Origin: Candidatus Thermosaccharophagus tengchongensis
Lineage (GTDB): Bacteria; Armatimonadota; Fervidibacteria; Fervidibacterales; Thermosaccharophagaceae
Length of the DNA: 64,000 nucleotides
Strand: one strand, 5' to 3'
Assembly (NCBI GenBank): GCA_032161105.1
Contig: JAVHTD010000002.1
Shown: positions 1 to 9,602 of the stretch, in pieces
How positions within the stretch are numbered: the first letter of the stretch is position 1
Layout of the letters: every line of letters starts with the position of its first letter
The notes under the pieces: generated by a model
The model's input: the letters and a program-made list of their open reading frames with translations, nothing else
What the model was told of the DNA's origin: nothing
Database searches by the model: none
Position numbers and translations under genes: made by a program

Positions 1-577
1 TTGGGTTGCCATTTGATGCAGCCCTGTCAATTGCGGGACCACCGGGGAAGCCCAATCCGAGCACCCTCGCAACCTTGTCAAATGCCTCTCCAGCAGCGTC
101 ATCCCTTGTGCGCCCGAGGACTTCATATTGCCCGAGGTCGCGCGCATACACGAGTTCGGAGTGCCCGCCGGAAATGATCAGGCAAAGGAATGGGAAGTTA
201 AGCTCGTCATCGGAGAGGAAAGCCGAGAGCATGTGCCCTTCAAGATGGTTGACTGGTATCAACGGCTTATCAAGTGCAGCGCATATAGCCTTTGCGACTG
301 CCAATCCAACCGCAAGCGAGGTTATCAGCCCGGGTCCGCATGTGACAGCTATGCCGCTAACGCTATCAAGCCTCACAGAGGCTTCCTTCAGTGCCAAATC
401 AAGTGCCGGAAATATGAGCTCCACATGCTTCCGCGAAGCTATCTCCGGGACGATGCCACCAAAGTGCTTGTGCCATTTGGTTTGCGAGCACACGATGTTT
501 GAAAGTATTGTCCGCCCATCGCGCACAAGCGCAACGGATGTCTCATCGCAGGATGTTTCAATTCCGAGCACAATCAT
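1..577 (-). CDS. tsaD: tRNA N6-adenosine threonylcarbamoyltransferase TsaD (3' end outside window)
   Basis: Reverse strand reads [18 protein letters not shown]...[12 protein letters not shown]...AVTCGPGL...VNHLEGH...GGHSEL...[15 protein letters not shown]; absent from the ORF track because it runs off the edge. Confidence 0.95.
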   Translation of the reverse strand, partial: MIVLGIETSCDETSVALVRDGRTILSNIVCSQTKWHKHFGGIVPEIASRKHVELIFPALDLALKEASVRLDSVSGIAVTCGPGLITSLAVGLAVAKAICAALDKPLIPVNHLEGHMLSAFLSDDELNFPFLCLIISGGHSELVYARDLGQYEVLGRTRDDAAGEAFDKVARVLGLGFPGGPAIDRAASNGNP

Positions 578-644
578 CTCGCCGCTCCCCTTCGCCTTGC
601 GCGCTCTGTGGCTCGTATGGCATGCGTGGCGGGAGCTCGTTGAG

Positions 645-1283
645 CTATCGCTTTGAGATCCTCCTGAGTATGGAGCGCAGGCGGTCATAGTCTTCCTTGA
701 TGATGCGAGATAATTCTTTCCCCATGGCGACAAGATATGCATGGTCATAATCGTGAGCCCTCCATGCATACCTGCAGACGGCTATGAGCAACTCATCCCT
801 TACTCCCTTTGCAGATGTTGAGATGAGACGGAGGTAATCAAACTCGTCGGTGAATTGCCTGACCTCTTCAACCTCGCATTCGTAGACGAAGCTGTGCAGC
901 TTTGGCGGCACCGGCGGAAGCTCCTGCCTTACAACATCGTCCATTTCATAGCCCACTATCAGTCCCTTAAAGTCCGTCTTGAGCAGCTCAAAAATTTGCG
1001 GCTGTTCCTCACGCAGCTCCTCCTCGGTCTTCCCGTATGCCATCGGGCGGCGCATTGGGTCAACGCTGTGCGTGATTATCTCGTAAACGAACGCGTAAAT
1101 TGGCGGCTGTGATTCAACGCGAACGAGTGAGCCAAATGGCGGTGAAGCATGCAGCTCTCGGCATTGCGCCACAAACTCAGTTGTGCAGCTCTCAATAACT
1201 TCACCGATGTGAAGCGAAGCTTTGCTCACCCTCATAGTGAGCTTGCACCTCATCAGCAGCCCACATGATGGCAATGCATCCAA
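645..1283 (-). CDS. HAS-barrel domain protein (start may be 1235)
   Basis: [16 protein letters not shown]...PPFGSLVRV...PQIFELLKT...[13 protein letters not shown] pattern typical of stand-alone HAS-barrel proteins. Confidence 0.7.
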   Translation of the reverse strand: MDALPSCGLLMRCKLTMRVSKASLHIGEVIESCTTEFVAQCRELHASPPFGSLVRVESQPPIYAFVYEIITHSVDPMRRPMAYGKTEEELREEQPQIFELLKTDFKGLIVGYEMDDVVRQELPPVPPKLHSFVYECEVEEVRQFTDEFDYLRLISTSAKGVRDELLIAVCRYAWRAHDYDHAYLVAMGKELSRIIKEDYDRLRSILRRISKR

Positions 1284-1471
1284 TTACACTTTTGGAGTGG
1301 CGCTAATTGCAAACCCCCTCTCCGTGCATCTTTAAAACAGCTTTGATTGTGAGCTTCTTTAACCATTCGTCGGAGCGATTGTAAGCTGTCATCCGGTTAC
1401 GAGCATTATGTTCGGCAGGTTGCTCATCCATAACCGCAGTTATAGCCAGTGGTTCAGGGTTAGCTTGTGTT

Positions 1472-1906
1472 TTATTCGTCCGAAGATGTGCCGTCATTTC
1501 CTGCGCATTGATTTTGATGCTCCGAAGCCTTCTTAACTATTGATTGGAGCATGCTGCGTGCTAAGTCTTCGTAAATGCGCTCACGGAAGCGCATCCTGTT
1601 CTTATACAGCAGGTGAGCGTCAATGAGCAGGAGGAAGAAGAGCGCCACCGTCAGTAGGAGACAGCATATCCAAAACCACAGTTCGCTTTCGGTTGACTTG
1701 AATTTAAACGCGCCAATCACGCTTCCAAAGAGCATGTTGAGTAGCGTAAGGAAGATTGCACCCACCATCATGCGCAGCGCAAATTGCCCCGCCGTGATGA
1801 CCGTCCTCTTGTGCCTGAAGTGATACACCTCAAGCACGATCGCAACCACTATCCCAACCTCAAACGCTATGATTATTGACGCAACCATTGGTTGGTTAAG
1901 TGACAA
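1472..1906 (-). CDS. Hypothetical membrane protein, about 3 TM helices
   Basis: 144-aa ORF with three hydrophobic segments; same strand as neighbours. Confidence 0.6.
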   Translation of the reverse strand: MSLNQPMVASIIIAFEVGIVVAIVLEVYHFRHKRTVITAGQFALRMMVGAIFLTLLNMLFGSVIGAFKFKSTESELWFWICCLLLTVALFFLLLIDAHLLYKNRMRFRERIYEDLARSMLQSIVKKASEHQNQCAGNDGTSSDE

Positions 1907-2148
1907 CCTTCATCGCCTTGCCTTTTCTTGGCATCCTCAACGGCTATTATACCTTGTGGTGCTTTGCAGCGAAAGGGCTTTTGCTGGCGATTTTGTTGAC
2001 TTCGTTTTTGGACAACGGACCCATCAGCATGAATCATGAAGGCTGCGAGGGCTCAGCACGCCGTGTGGCAAATCCTGTAACCAACATGCTCAAGCTCGCA
2101 TGATAGCGGCGCGCTGTTATGCCACCTCGCTGAGCGGTGTTTCATTCT

Positions 2149-3138
2149 TCATGCAATTCTCCAGGGCTCTCTCTTCCTGAACGGCTCTTTAAACTTGTTT
2201 TTGAGCTTGCCCTCCCTTTCAAGGTGAATCATGCACGCCCTGATGCAACCCCTTGCGCCCCCAATTGCTCCCAAGTGGTGAAAGATGGCTACGGAGCTTA
2301 CATTGTAGCCCACCTTCCTATACACCGTCTCAAATTCCGGTCTCGCATAGCCGCCGCTATCTCTCTCAATCTCCTCAAGCCTTATAGGCTCAAGCTCCCT
2401 CGGATAGAACGGGTTGAATTCTCTCACCCCACCGGTGTAGGCGAGTGCGCATCTTTCCTCATTCAACTCGCCCCACTCAAATTCCTTCCCGGCAATCCTC
2501 ACTTTAACCGTCTTGTCCGCGCTTATGGCTTTACCGGGGCATTCCTTCACACAGAGCATGCATCTATCGCATATTGGCGGACCATCGTAAATTGGGTCCG
2601 GCTCAAGCGGCGCGTCAGTGAGGATGAATGCAAGGCGCACCCTCGGACCAAACTCTGGCGTGAGCAGCAATTTGCTGTAACCGATCTCGCCCATGCCGCA
2701 TATAACTGCTGCAATGCGAAAATGGAGAAGCACATCAGGTGCGGGTCTATCTTGGGAGACTGGCACGCTTATCCCTGTTGGCTTGCCCAGAAGAATGTCC
2801 ACTGAGGAACCGATCACCATGTTCTGTATTGGCACCGCCTCGTAGCCTTCGTCCTCAATCATGCATGCAACTTGCCTGAGCACGGTTGGCGCAAAAATAA
2901 GGTTAATATGCGAGTAGCCCATTGACGGGTATGCTGCAAAGTAAGTTCCCTCCTCAATCCCGCGGAAGCATCCCCTCAGTATGCGAAAGCCGAAGCCTAT
3001 TATCGCCTTCGCCTCGGGAAAGATATACCGAGGGTCCATTTCTTTTGGTGCGCCATCAAACCTATCCATAGAACCAATCCCAACTATGTCTGCGCCGCAC
3101 CTTCTCGCAAACTCCTTCACCTTCTTCGCTGTCAGCAT
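2149..3138 (-). CDS. QueG/reductive dehalogenase-like Fe-S (putatively cobalamin-binding) protein, paralog 3
   Basis: Start MLTAKKVKEFARRCGADIVGI; AAVICGMGEIGYSKLLLTPEFGPRVRL; CDRCMLCVKECP; GCIRAC. Confidence 0.8.
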   Translation of the reverse strand: MLTAKKVKEFARRCGADIVGIGSMDRFDGAPKEMDPRYIFPEAKAIIGFGFRILRGCFRGIEEGTYFAAYPSMGYSHINLIFAPTVLRQVACMIEDEGYEAVPIQNMVIGSSVDILLGKPTGISVPVSQDRPAPDVLLHFRIAAVICGMGEIGYSKLLLTPEFGPRVRLAFILTDAPLEPDPIYDGPPICDRCMLCVKECPGKAISADKTVKVRIAGKEFEWGELNEERCALAYTGGVREFNPFYPRELEPIRLEEIERDSGGYARPEFETVYRKVGYNVSSVAIFHHLGAIGGARGCIRACMIHLEREGKLKNKFKEPFRKREPWRIA

Positions 3139-3193
3139 TTTCCCCACCCCCTGTTGAATGTCTTCACCCACTTGGGCTGTGAGGTGGTGTGGC

Positions 3194-4252
3194 TCACCTG
3201 CAACTCCTTGGCATAACTTTGTGTGGCAATAGCCATCTTTCCCTCCTGATGAATGCCCCGCCGTGGAATGTTTGCTCAATTCTCCCGAGGCGTTCCAAAT
3301 GATCAAAGCAGCTTCTCATACAGCCCCTTGAGCCACAAATTCCATAACTCCCACCAACTCCCCATTGCTGAATTTGTGCATGCCCTTCAATGACGAACCC
3401 GGATGGGTCTTCCTTTGTTTTCCGCCACGGCTGCGTGGAGAGCGTCCAACAAATCTTGTATGCCGTTTCCTCATCCACTTGTTGCCTGCGCACATCAAAT
3501 TCAAATCCGGGAAGGCTCTTGTGAATGAACGGTGACACTCTCGGGTCCGCACCATGATAGCTGAGCACGCATTTCCCGACATCAAGGTCAGCCCACTCGT
3601 AGACATATCCATCAATCTCTATGCGCACGCTCTTACCCTCGCGTATATGCGGTATGGCGTTGGCTGGGCATCCACGGACGCATTCCATGCACCTATCGCA
3701 AATGCTCCCCGGCTTGATGAGTTCATCGGGCTCAATTTCAAGGTCGGTCAGGATTGCAGCGAGCCTCTGGCGCGGACCAAACTGGCGCGTTAGGAAAACT
3801 TTTGACCAACCGATTTCGCCGAGCCCAGCCGCAGTTGCTGCAATTCTAATTGCAAGGTGCACATCAGGAGGGGGTGCTCCTTCTCGCAGCGGTTCATCTG
3901 GAGGTTGCGCCTCAGGAACACCGGGGTAATATGGCACAGCCTCATAGCCGTGGTCTTCAATGAAGCACGAAAGTTCGTAGACACCGAACGGTATGAAGAG
4001 CGTGTTCAAGAGACCGTGATATCCGAAGTATGTGTAGCTGAGCCAATTTGTCCCCTCCTCAATTCCCCTCCATGTGCCTCTGATGATTCTCCTTGCGACA
4101 ACGATGATGGAACGCACCTCAGGGAAAATGCTCGCTGGGTGCATATGCTTTGGCGCATTCGCAAACCGCTCAACATTCGCAACGCCGAGTAGGTCAAGCC
4201 CGCACGAGCGAGCGAATTCCACAAGCTGCCTTTTCGTTAATGCCCTTCCCAT
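3194..4252 (-). CDS. QueG/reductive dehalogenase-like Fe-S protein, paralog 2
   Basis: FARSCGLDLLGVA; AAGLGEIGWSKVFLTRQFGPRQRL; CDRCMECVRGCP; CGSRGCMRSC. Confidence 0.8.
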   Translation of the reverse strand: MGRALTKRQLVEFARSCGLDLLGVANVERFANAPKHMHPASIFPEVRSIIVVARRIIRGTWRGIEEGTNWLSYTYFGYHGLLNTLFIPFGVYELSCFIEDHGYEAVPYYPGVPEAQPPDEPLREGAPPPDVHLAIRIAATAAGLGEIGWSKVFLTRQFGPRQRLAAILTDLEIEPDELIKPGSICDRCMECVRGCPANAIPHIREGKSVRIEIDGYVYEWADLDVGKCVLSYHGADPRVSPFIHKSLPGFEFDVRRQQVDEETAYKICWTLSTQPWRKTKEDPSGFVIEGHAQIQQWGVGGSYGICGSRGCMRSCFDHLERLGRIEQTFHGGAFIRRERWLLPHKVMPRSCR

Positions 4253-4254
4253 TG

Positions 4255-5118
4255 TCAATCCTTCCCCTGCATAAGTTTGGGGCGACCTGACCAATCAGCC
4301 ACCCATGATGGGCGTTTCCTAAACGGGCTGGCAAAGGTTGAGGCTATCCTACCAACCCGCTCAAGGTGGTCAATGCAACTCCTCACGCAGATTGCGGCGA
4401 GGCGGTCTGGCAATCCGGCAGGGTGATACGGATTGGGCAAAGCGCCATTCTTGCAATACCTGCATGCATTGTAGTCAACCTGCGCCACCAACATAGTCTT
4501 CCCATAGATGGTGATCTCACTCTCGCCTCGCATTGCACCAAGTGGGCATGTGTTAGCGCACTCCATACACATGTCGCACACTTGGACCTCACAAATTGGA
4601 GTTGGCTCGAGTTCAGCATCAGTTAGTATGAGTTGCAACCGCTGCCTCGGTCCAAACTGCGGTGTTAGAAGTTCACCGCAGTAGCCTATTTCACCCAATC
4701 CGGCACGCACGGCTGCATCCTTAGCATCAACGATGACATTGGGCGGTGGCATGCCCGGTTTAACCGGAATGCCAGATGGCGGAATTTGCGGTGGGAGGTC
4801 TTGCAACGGGACGGCTTCCCAACCGTTGTCTTCCAAGAATGTTGAGATTGCGATAGTCGCCATAGCGAGCATCCTGTCTGTCAGCCAAGCTCTTCCATAC
4901 AGATTGAAGGCGGTAAAGTGGGTTCCCTCCTCAACACCGCGAAGCGAGCCACGCAGGATGCGCTTCCCTACGACGAGCACAGAACGAACTTCGGGAAAGA
5001 TAGACGCTGGGTGATGCTCAGGTGGAACATCACCAAACCTTTCAATCGGAGCAATGCCGAGCAGGTCAACCCTGTGTCCCTGGGCAAAGGACTTTAGTAG
5101 CGAGGTGAGGTGATGCAT
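4255..5118 (-). CDS. QueG/reductive dehalogenase-like Fe-S protein, paralog 1
   Basis: RAGLGEIGYCGELLTPQFGPRQRL; CDMCMECANTCP; ICVRSC. Confidence 0.8.
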   Translation of the reverse strand: MHHLTSLLKSFAQGHRVDLLGIAPIERFGDVPPEHHPASIFPEVRSVLVVGKRILRGSLRGVEEGTHFTAFNLYGRAWLTDRMLAMATIAISTFLEDNGWEAVPLQDLPPQIPPSGIPVKPGMPPPNVIVDAKDAAVRAGLGEIGYCGELLTPQFGPRQRLQLILTDAELEPTPICEVQVCDMCMECANTCPLGAMRGESEITIYGKTMLVAQVDYNACRYCKNGALPNPYHPAGLPDRLAAICVRSCIDHLERVGRIASTFASPFRKRPSWVADWSGRPKLMQGKD

Positions 5119-5151
5119 ATTGATTCACCCCTGCCGCAGTGCAGTTGCCCA

Positions 5152-6156
5152 TCAGAGGGCGCTGTGGGGTGCAATAAGGCAATTGAACTTTGAGCATGAG
5201 TCCGAGGGATGGTGATTCAACCTGCTGAGGACTTTGCGGAAGGAAGCAGCCTTTGCGGCTATCACGGGGCACTCAACTTGCTCAATAGTTTGTTCGGCAA
5301 CGCTGCCCCAGAGGAAGCGAACAAGCCCGGTCCTCCCGTGGGTGCTCATCACTATCAGGTCAATGCCTTTGCGCTCGGCAAATGATGCTATCCCATCAGC
5401 GGCATGATGACATCGCACTACATGGATTGGTATTTCGTATCCATCGCCCATGCACTCTTTCACCCACTGCCTCAAGCCGTTGCTCACTATCCTCTCAAGT
5501 TCCTTTAGCGCTTCTCTTTCCCCAACTGACTCAATTAGTTCAACCACATGCAGCAGGTGTATCTGTGCGCCGAAGGCTTTTGCCAAGCACAAAGCGTAGT
5601 CAATTGCTGCCCTTGTTGCTGCCGAGAAGTCCGTTGGCACAAGTATTTGCTCGCACTTTGCTCCCGCACCAGATGGAGAGATTGCGGGCACAACCATGAC
5701 TGGGACTTGTGCGCCTTGCACTATTCGGGCGACAGTTGACCCAAGCAGATGTTCCTTAAGTGTGCGCATGCCCCTTGAGCCGAGAGCGATCAAGTCGGCG
5801 TGCACAAGCTCTGCATACTCAAGTATCTGAACGGCTGGCGAGCCAAGCAATAGAGCACCATCAGCCCTAAACCCAGATGAGCGCAATTGTTCCACTCGCT
5901 CATTCACTTGTTCGGTGAGTGTGCCTATGTGCGTGCTTTGTATCGCAGCGAGCGCTTGCGATAGCTCCCCCTCACTCCATCCCGAAAAGCCCCTCTCTTC
6001 GTAGTATTTGACCCAGTCGGGTGCGACATGTGTAACGGTTATGCTCGCATTAAATGTTTTTGCGAAGAGGAGTGCCCACTTAAGGGCTTTCTCAGCCGGT
6101 TGGGAAAAATCCGTTGCCCAAAGAATACGAGTTATCAAACATCCCACCTCCGGCAT
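5152..6156 (-). CDS. Tandem-domain universal stress protein
   Basis: Two USP domains: ILWATDFS...GSRG...LLGSTVA and ILVPTDFS...STHGRTG...WGSVAE. Confidence 0.92.
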   Translation of the reverse strand: MPEVGCLITRILWATDFSQPAEKALKWALLFAKTFNASITVTHVAPDWVKYYEERGFSGWSEGELSQALAAIQSTHIGTLTEQVNERVEQLRSSGFRADGALLLGSPAVQILEYAELVHADLIALGSRGMRTLKEHLLGSTVARIVQGAQVPVMVVPAISPSGAGAKCEQILVPTDFSAATRAAIDYALCLAKAFGAQIHLLHVVELIESVGEREALKELERIVSNGLRQWVKECMGDGYEIPIHVVRCHHAADGIASFAERKGIDLIVMSTHGRTGLVRFLWGSVAEQTIEQVECPVIAAKAASFRKVLSRLNHHPSDSCSKFNCLIAPHSAL

Positions 6157-6214
6157 TCGACGGTGCTAAACTCTCCTCAAACCATTTTGGCAAACGCATT
6201 CAATGCTTCAAAGC

Positions 6215-7189
6215 CTATGAAGTGCTTGTGCTCTCCTCAACTTCGCCCTCGGGTTTGCTTTCCGATTCGCCGCATAGCCATAGCAGTCTCTCCCAAGCTC
6301 TATCCACTTCACGCTGTATCTCATCAATGATGTGTTCGTTTTGCGGCTCAAATAGGTGCCTGAAGCGCGCTTGCTTTTCAAGCCACACCCTGACTGGCAA
6401 TTTTTCCTTTGGGCGATATGTTAAGCGATACTTGCCATCAACGACTTCATACAGCGGCCAGAAGCATGTCTCCGTAGCCAACCTTGAGATTTCAATTGCT
6501 TCAGATGGTTCGTGTCCGTGCCCAAGATTGCAATCGCTGTAAATGATGAGGAGCGCTGGACCCTCCGTAGTTATTGCCTTTTCGGCTTTCGCTGTGAGGT
6601 CACGCCAGTATGCCGGATTAGCCTGCGCAACATACGGGATGTTATGGGCAACACCTATCGCCGCCAAGTCCTTTCTCGGATGAACTTTGCCCGGCATGAC
6701 CTTTCCTGCTGGTGTCGTGGTAGTGTATGCGCCTCTCGGGGTTGCGCTTGAGCGCTGTATCCCTGTGTTCATGTAAGCACCATTGTCGTAGCACACGAAG
6801 ACAATGTTATGCCTCCTCTCAAGCGCTCCTGAGAGTGCCTGCAACCCAATGTCATAAGTTCCACCGTCACCGGCTATGGCGATGAACTTTATCTCCCTGT
6901 CAATTTTCCCCCTGCGCTTCAGCGCATTGTATGCGGCTTCAACACCAGCAATCGTTGCGGCTGCGTTCTCAAAAGCGCTGTGTATCCATGGGACATTCCA
7001 AGCCGTGTCGGGGAAGATGGAGGTTGCAACCTCAACGCATCCGGTTGCGCATGCTATGACTACTGGGTATGGTGAGGAGAGAAGAACTTGGCGAAGCGAC
7101 ATTGCAGCTCCGCATCCGGCGCACATCCTATGTCCGCTTACGAGCACTGGCTTCCTCCTCGCCAATTCCCTTGCCGTTGGCATTTTCAC
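6215..7189 (-). CDS. porB: Pyruvate/2-oxoacid:ferredoxin oxidoreductase beta subunit
   Basis: GHRMCAGCG, TPP-binding GDGGTYDIG, YDNGAYMNTGIQRS. Confidence 0.92.
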   Translation of the reverse strand: MKMPTARELARRKPVLVSGHRMCAGCGAAMSLRQVLLSSPYPVVIACATGCVEVATSIFPDTAWNVPWIHSAFENAAATIAGVEAAYNALKRRGKIDREIKFIAIAGDGGTYDIGLQALSGALERRHNIVFVCYDNGAYMNTGIQRSSATPRGAYTTTTPAGKVMPGKVHPRKDLAAIGVAHNIPYVAQANPAYWRDLTAKAEKAITTEGPALLIIYSDCNLGHGHEPSEAIEISRLATETCFWPLYEVVDGKYRLTYRPKEKLPVRVWLEKQARFRHLFEPQNEHIIDEIQREVDRAWERLLWLCGESESKPEGEVEESTSTS

Positions 7190-7237
7190 AGCGCCTCCCT
7201 TTTGCGCCCTACATGCGGCGCAAATTAGCCGCTAAGC

Positions 7238-8461
7238 TCACGAGAATGTTATGCCAACCTTTGTCCTCAACCCAACCCATTGGATTGGCTCAACAAATTC
7301 GCCCCTTGCTGCTGCTTCAAGTTGCTTCAACATGTTCAAAACTTGTGCTACCGTTATGTCCCTTCCGCCGAGCCCGTAAATGTAGTTGACGACCTTGGGA
7401 CGCTTCTCAGATTCATACAAAGCCGCCTTTATGTCCGTAAACAATGGACCACCTTCACCGTTGAAACTTAGCGCCCTGTCCATCACGCCGATCGCCTTTT
7501 TGTCCTCAAGCACTTTCCTGACTGTTGCCCATGGGAACGGTCTATACATGCGAATCTTAAGCACACCGGCTTTGATTCCCTCCTTCCGAGCCACATCAAT
7601 TGCGGCTTTAACTGTCCCAGCTGCAGAGCCCATCGCTACAAGCGCAATCTCCGCATCCTCAAGCTCATATAGCTCAACGAGCCCATACGCCCTCCCAAAG
7701 CGGGTGTAAAATTCCTTTCCGACATCAAGCACCACTTCCGGCGCCCTGTTTATCGCCTCCCATTGAGAACGCTTATGCTCCATGTAAAACGGTGGCAGGT
7801 CAACTGGTCCAACTGTTATCGGGTTGTCAACATCAAGCACCGAATACAGCGGCTTAAGTTCCCCAACGAATTCCTTAACAGCTTCATCCGGCAAAACCTC
7901 CACTGGCTCAAGCGAGTGGCTCACCACAAACCCATCGAGGCAAACCATGACCGGAAGGTAAACAGTTTCGGCGATGCGCACCGCCTGTATCGTGTTGTCG
8001 TAAGCCTCTTGGGCGTTCTCCGAGTAGAGTTGTATCCAGCCCGAATCCCTTGCGCCCATTGCATCTGCGTGGTCGCAGTGGATGTTCAGGTTGGAATTCA
8101 ACGCCCTATTCGTAACAGCCATGACAATGGGCAGGCGAAGCGATGAAGCGATATAAAGCATCTCCCACATGAGCGCCAGACCTTGTGAGGCAGTTGATGT
8201 CATCGCCCTTGCTCCGGCCGCTGCTGCGCCTATGCATACGCTCATTGCGCTGTGTTCGCTCTCAACATAAACCATCTCGGTATCAACCAATCCGTCGGCG
8301 ACAAACTCGGCATATTTCTCAACGATGAGCGTTTGTGGCGTTATCGGGTATGCCGCGACTACATCCGGGTTTATTTGGCGCATGGCTTCGGCGACTGCAT
8401 CATCGCCTATCAAACCCCTTACCTGCCCACGAATTGGGGTGCCGACTTTTGTGCTGCCCAT
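7238..8461 (-). CDS. porA: Pyruvate/2-oxoacid:ferredoxin oxidoreductase alpha subunit
   Basis: AYPITPQT, VESEHSAMS, TASQGL, YGLGGRD; GGAGG upstream of the ATG at 8461. Confidence 0.92.
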   Translation of the reverse strand: MGSTKVGTPIRGQVRGLIGDDAVAEAMRQINPDVVAAYPITPQTLIVEKYAEFVADGLVDTEMVYVESEHSAMSVCIGAAAAGARAMTSTASQGLALMWEMLYIASSLRLPIVMAVTNRALNSNLNIHCDHADAMGARDSGWIQLYSENAQEAYDNTIQAVRIAETVYLPVMVCLDGFVVSHSLEPVEVLPDEAVKEFVGELKPLYSVLDVDNPITVGPVDLPPFYMEHKRSQWEAINRAPEVVLDVGKEFYTRFGRAYGLVELYELEDAEIALVAMGSAAGTVKAAIDVARKEGIKAGVLKIRMYRPFPWATVRKVLEDKKAIGVMDRALSFNGEGGPLFTDIKAALYESEKRPKVVNYIYGLGGRDITVAQVLNMLKQLEAAARGEFVEPIQWVGLRTKVGITFS

Positions 8462-8506
8462 GGCAACCTCCTCCGTCAGCATTTTGCTTAACCACTATTT
8501 GCGCCA

Positions 8507-9541
8507 TCACCTGACTTGGGTTGCCTCCCGCTCAGAGCGCATCGTTATGGCTTTAACTCTCGGCGGACAGACGACGGCGCATATGCCACAGCCCTTGCAG
8601 TAGTCGTAGTTAATGCCTGCCACTTTCCCATCCCTGATGAGGATGGCATCATCTGGGCAGTGAATGAAGCACATGTAGCAGTTTGTGCACTTCTCCGAGT
8701 CCCAGATTGGGCGTTGCTCACTCCGCCAAGTGCCAGTCTTGTAAGAGAGCGATGTGGCAGGCTGTGGTATTATTCCACCGAGGCTGAGTTCTTCCCACGA
8801 TGGCAGCTGTGCTCCCTTCGTGTGTTCCTCTATGACTTCGGGCGGGTTTATTGGCTCCTCATCAACTTGCACTTCGTTGTATCCTCTCTCAACTGCCCTC
8901 AAATTCGCTTCAAGCAGCTCGGGGCGACGCCTGACCCTCTCTGGAAGGTGCTCTGTCAGCACCGATTTTATGGTCTCAAGTTTCGCAACACCCGTGACCT
9001 TTGCAAGCGCACCAAGCATTGGCACATTTGGCATGTTGCGCTTTATCGTCTCAAGCGAAATGGCACTCGCATCAACGGAAGCAACACGGGCTAAAGCACC
9101 AAACACCGGATGAACATTGCGCAATTCCTTCGGTGGATATGGGACATTGGCGATGAGGGTTGTCTCTCTCTTCAACCCGCTTAGCACGCTTGGGTTGGTG
9201 AGGAGCGAATCATCAATGACGACAACAGCATCAGGTGACACTATCCCGCCGTGTATCGTGAGTGGGGCGTCGGCGATTCTCGTAAACCCCTCAACTGGTG
9301 CGCCGCGCCTTTCTGGTCCGAATTGTGGGAACGCCTGCGCCCACTTGCCCTCTGCCAAAGCAACATGCCCAAGAAGGAGCGCAACAGTCCTTATTCCCTG
9401 CCCAGCACGGCCATGCCAGCGCACCTCTATCGGTTTAGCTTCAACTCGCTCCCTTCGTGAGACATAAACAATGCCGTCATCGCTAAACTTAACCGACACA
9501 TTGGCGCTATCCATCTGACCCACTCCAATCAGATGTGGCAT
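8507..9541 (-). CDS. porC: Fused 2-oxoacid:ferredoxin oxidoreductase gamma + delta subunit
   Basis: WHGRAGQG, FGPERRGAP (gamma), then TGTWRS and CTNCYMCFIHCP / CKGCGICAVVCP (delta ferredoxin). Confidence 0.88.
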   Translation of the reverse strand: MPHLIGVGQMDSANVSVKFSDDGIVYVSRRERVEAKPIEVRWHGRAGQGIRTVALLLGHVALAEGKWAQAFPQFGPERRGAPVEGFTRIADAPLTIHGGIVSPDAVVVIDDSLLTNPSVLSGLKRETTLIANVPYPPKELRNVHPVFGALARVASVDASAISLETIKRNMPNVPMLGALAKVTGVAKLETIKSVLTEHLPERVRRRPELLEANLRAVERGYNEVQVDEEPINPPEVIEEHTKGAQLPSWEELSLGGIIPQPATSLSYKTGTWRSEQRPIWDSEKCTNCYMCFIHCPDDAILIRDGKVAGINYDYCKGCGICAVVCPPRVKAITMRSEREATQVR

Positions 9542-9602
9542 GGATGGCTTTCAATCATCCATCACTTCATAGGTGCAACGCAGTTGCCATTCATCTTGCA
9601 GG

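Noticed and set aside
6..656. 216-aa plus-strand ORF
   Set aside because: Antisense shadow of tsaD
1303..1497. 64-aa minus-strand ORF
   Set aside because: No motif or clear RBS, and it overlaps the end of the upstream gene; cannot support it
2137..2805. 222-aa plus-strand ORF
   Set aside because: Antisense to a QueG-like gene
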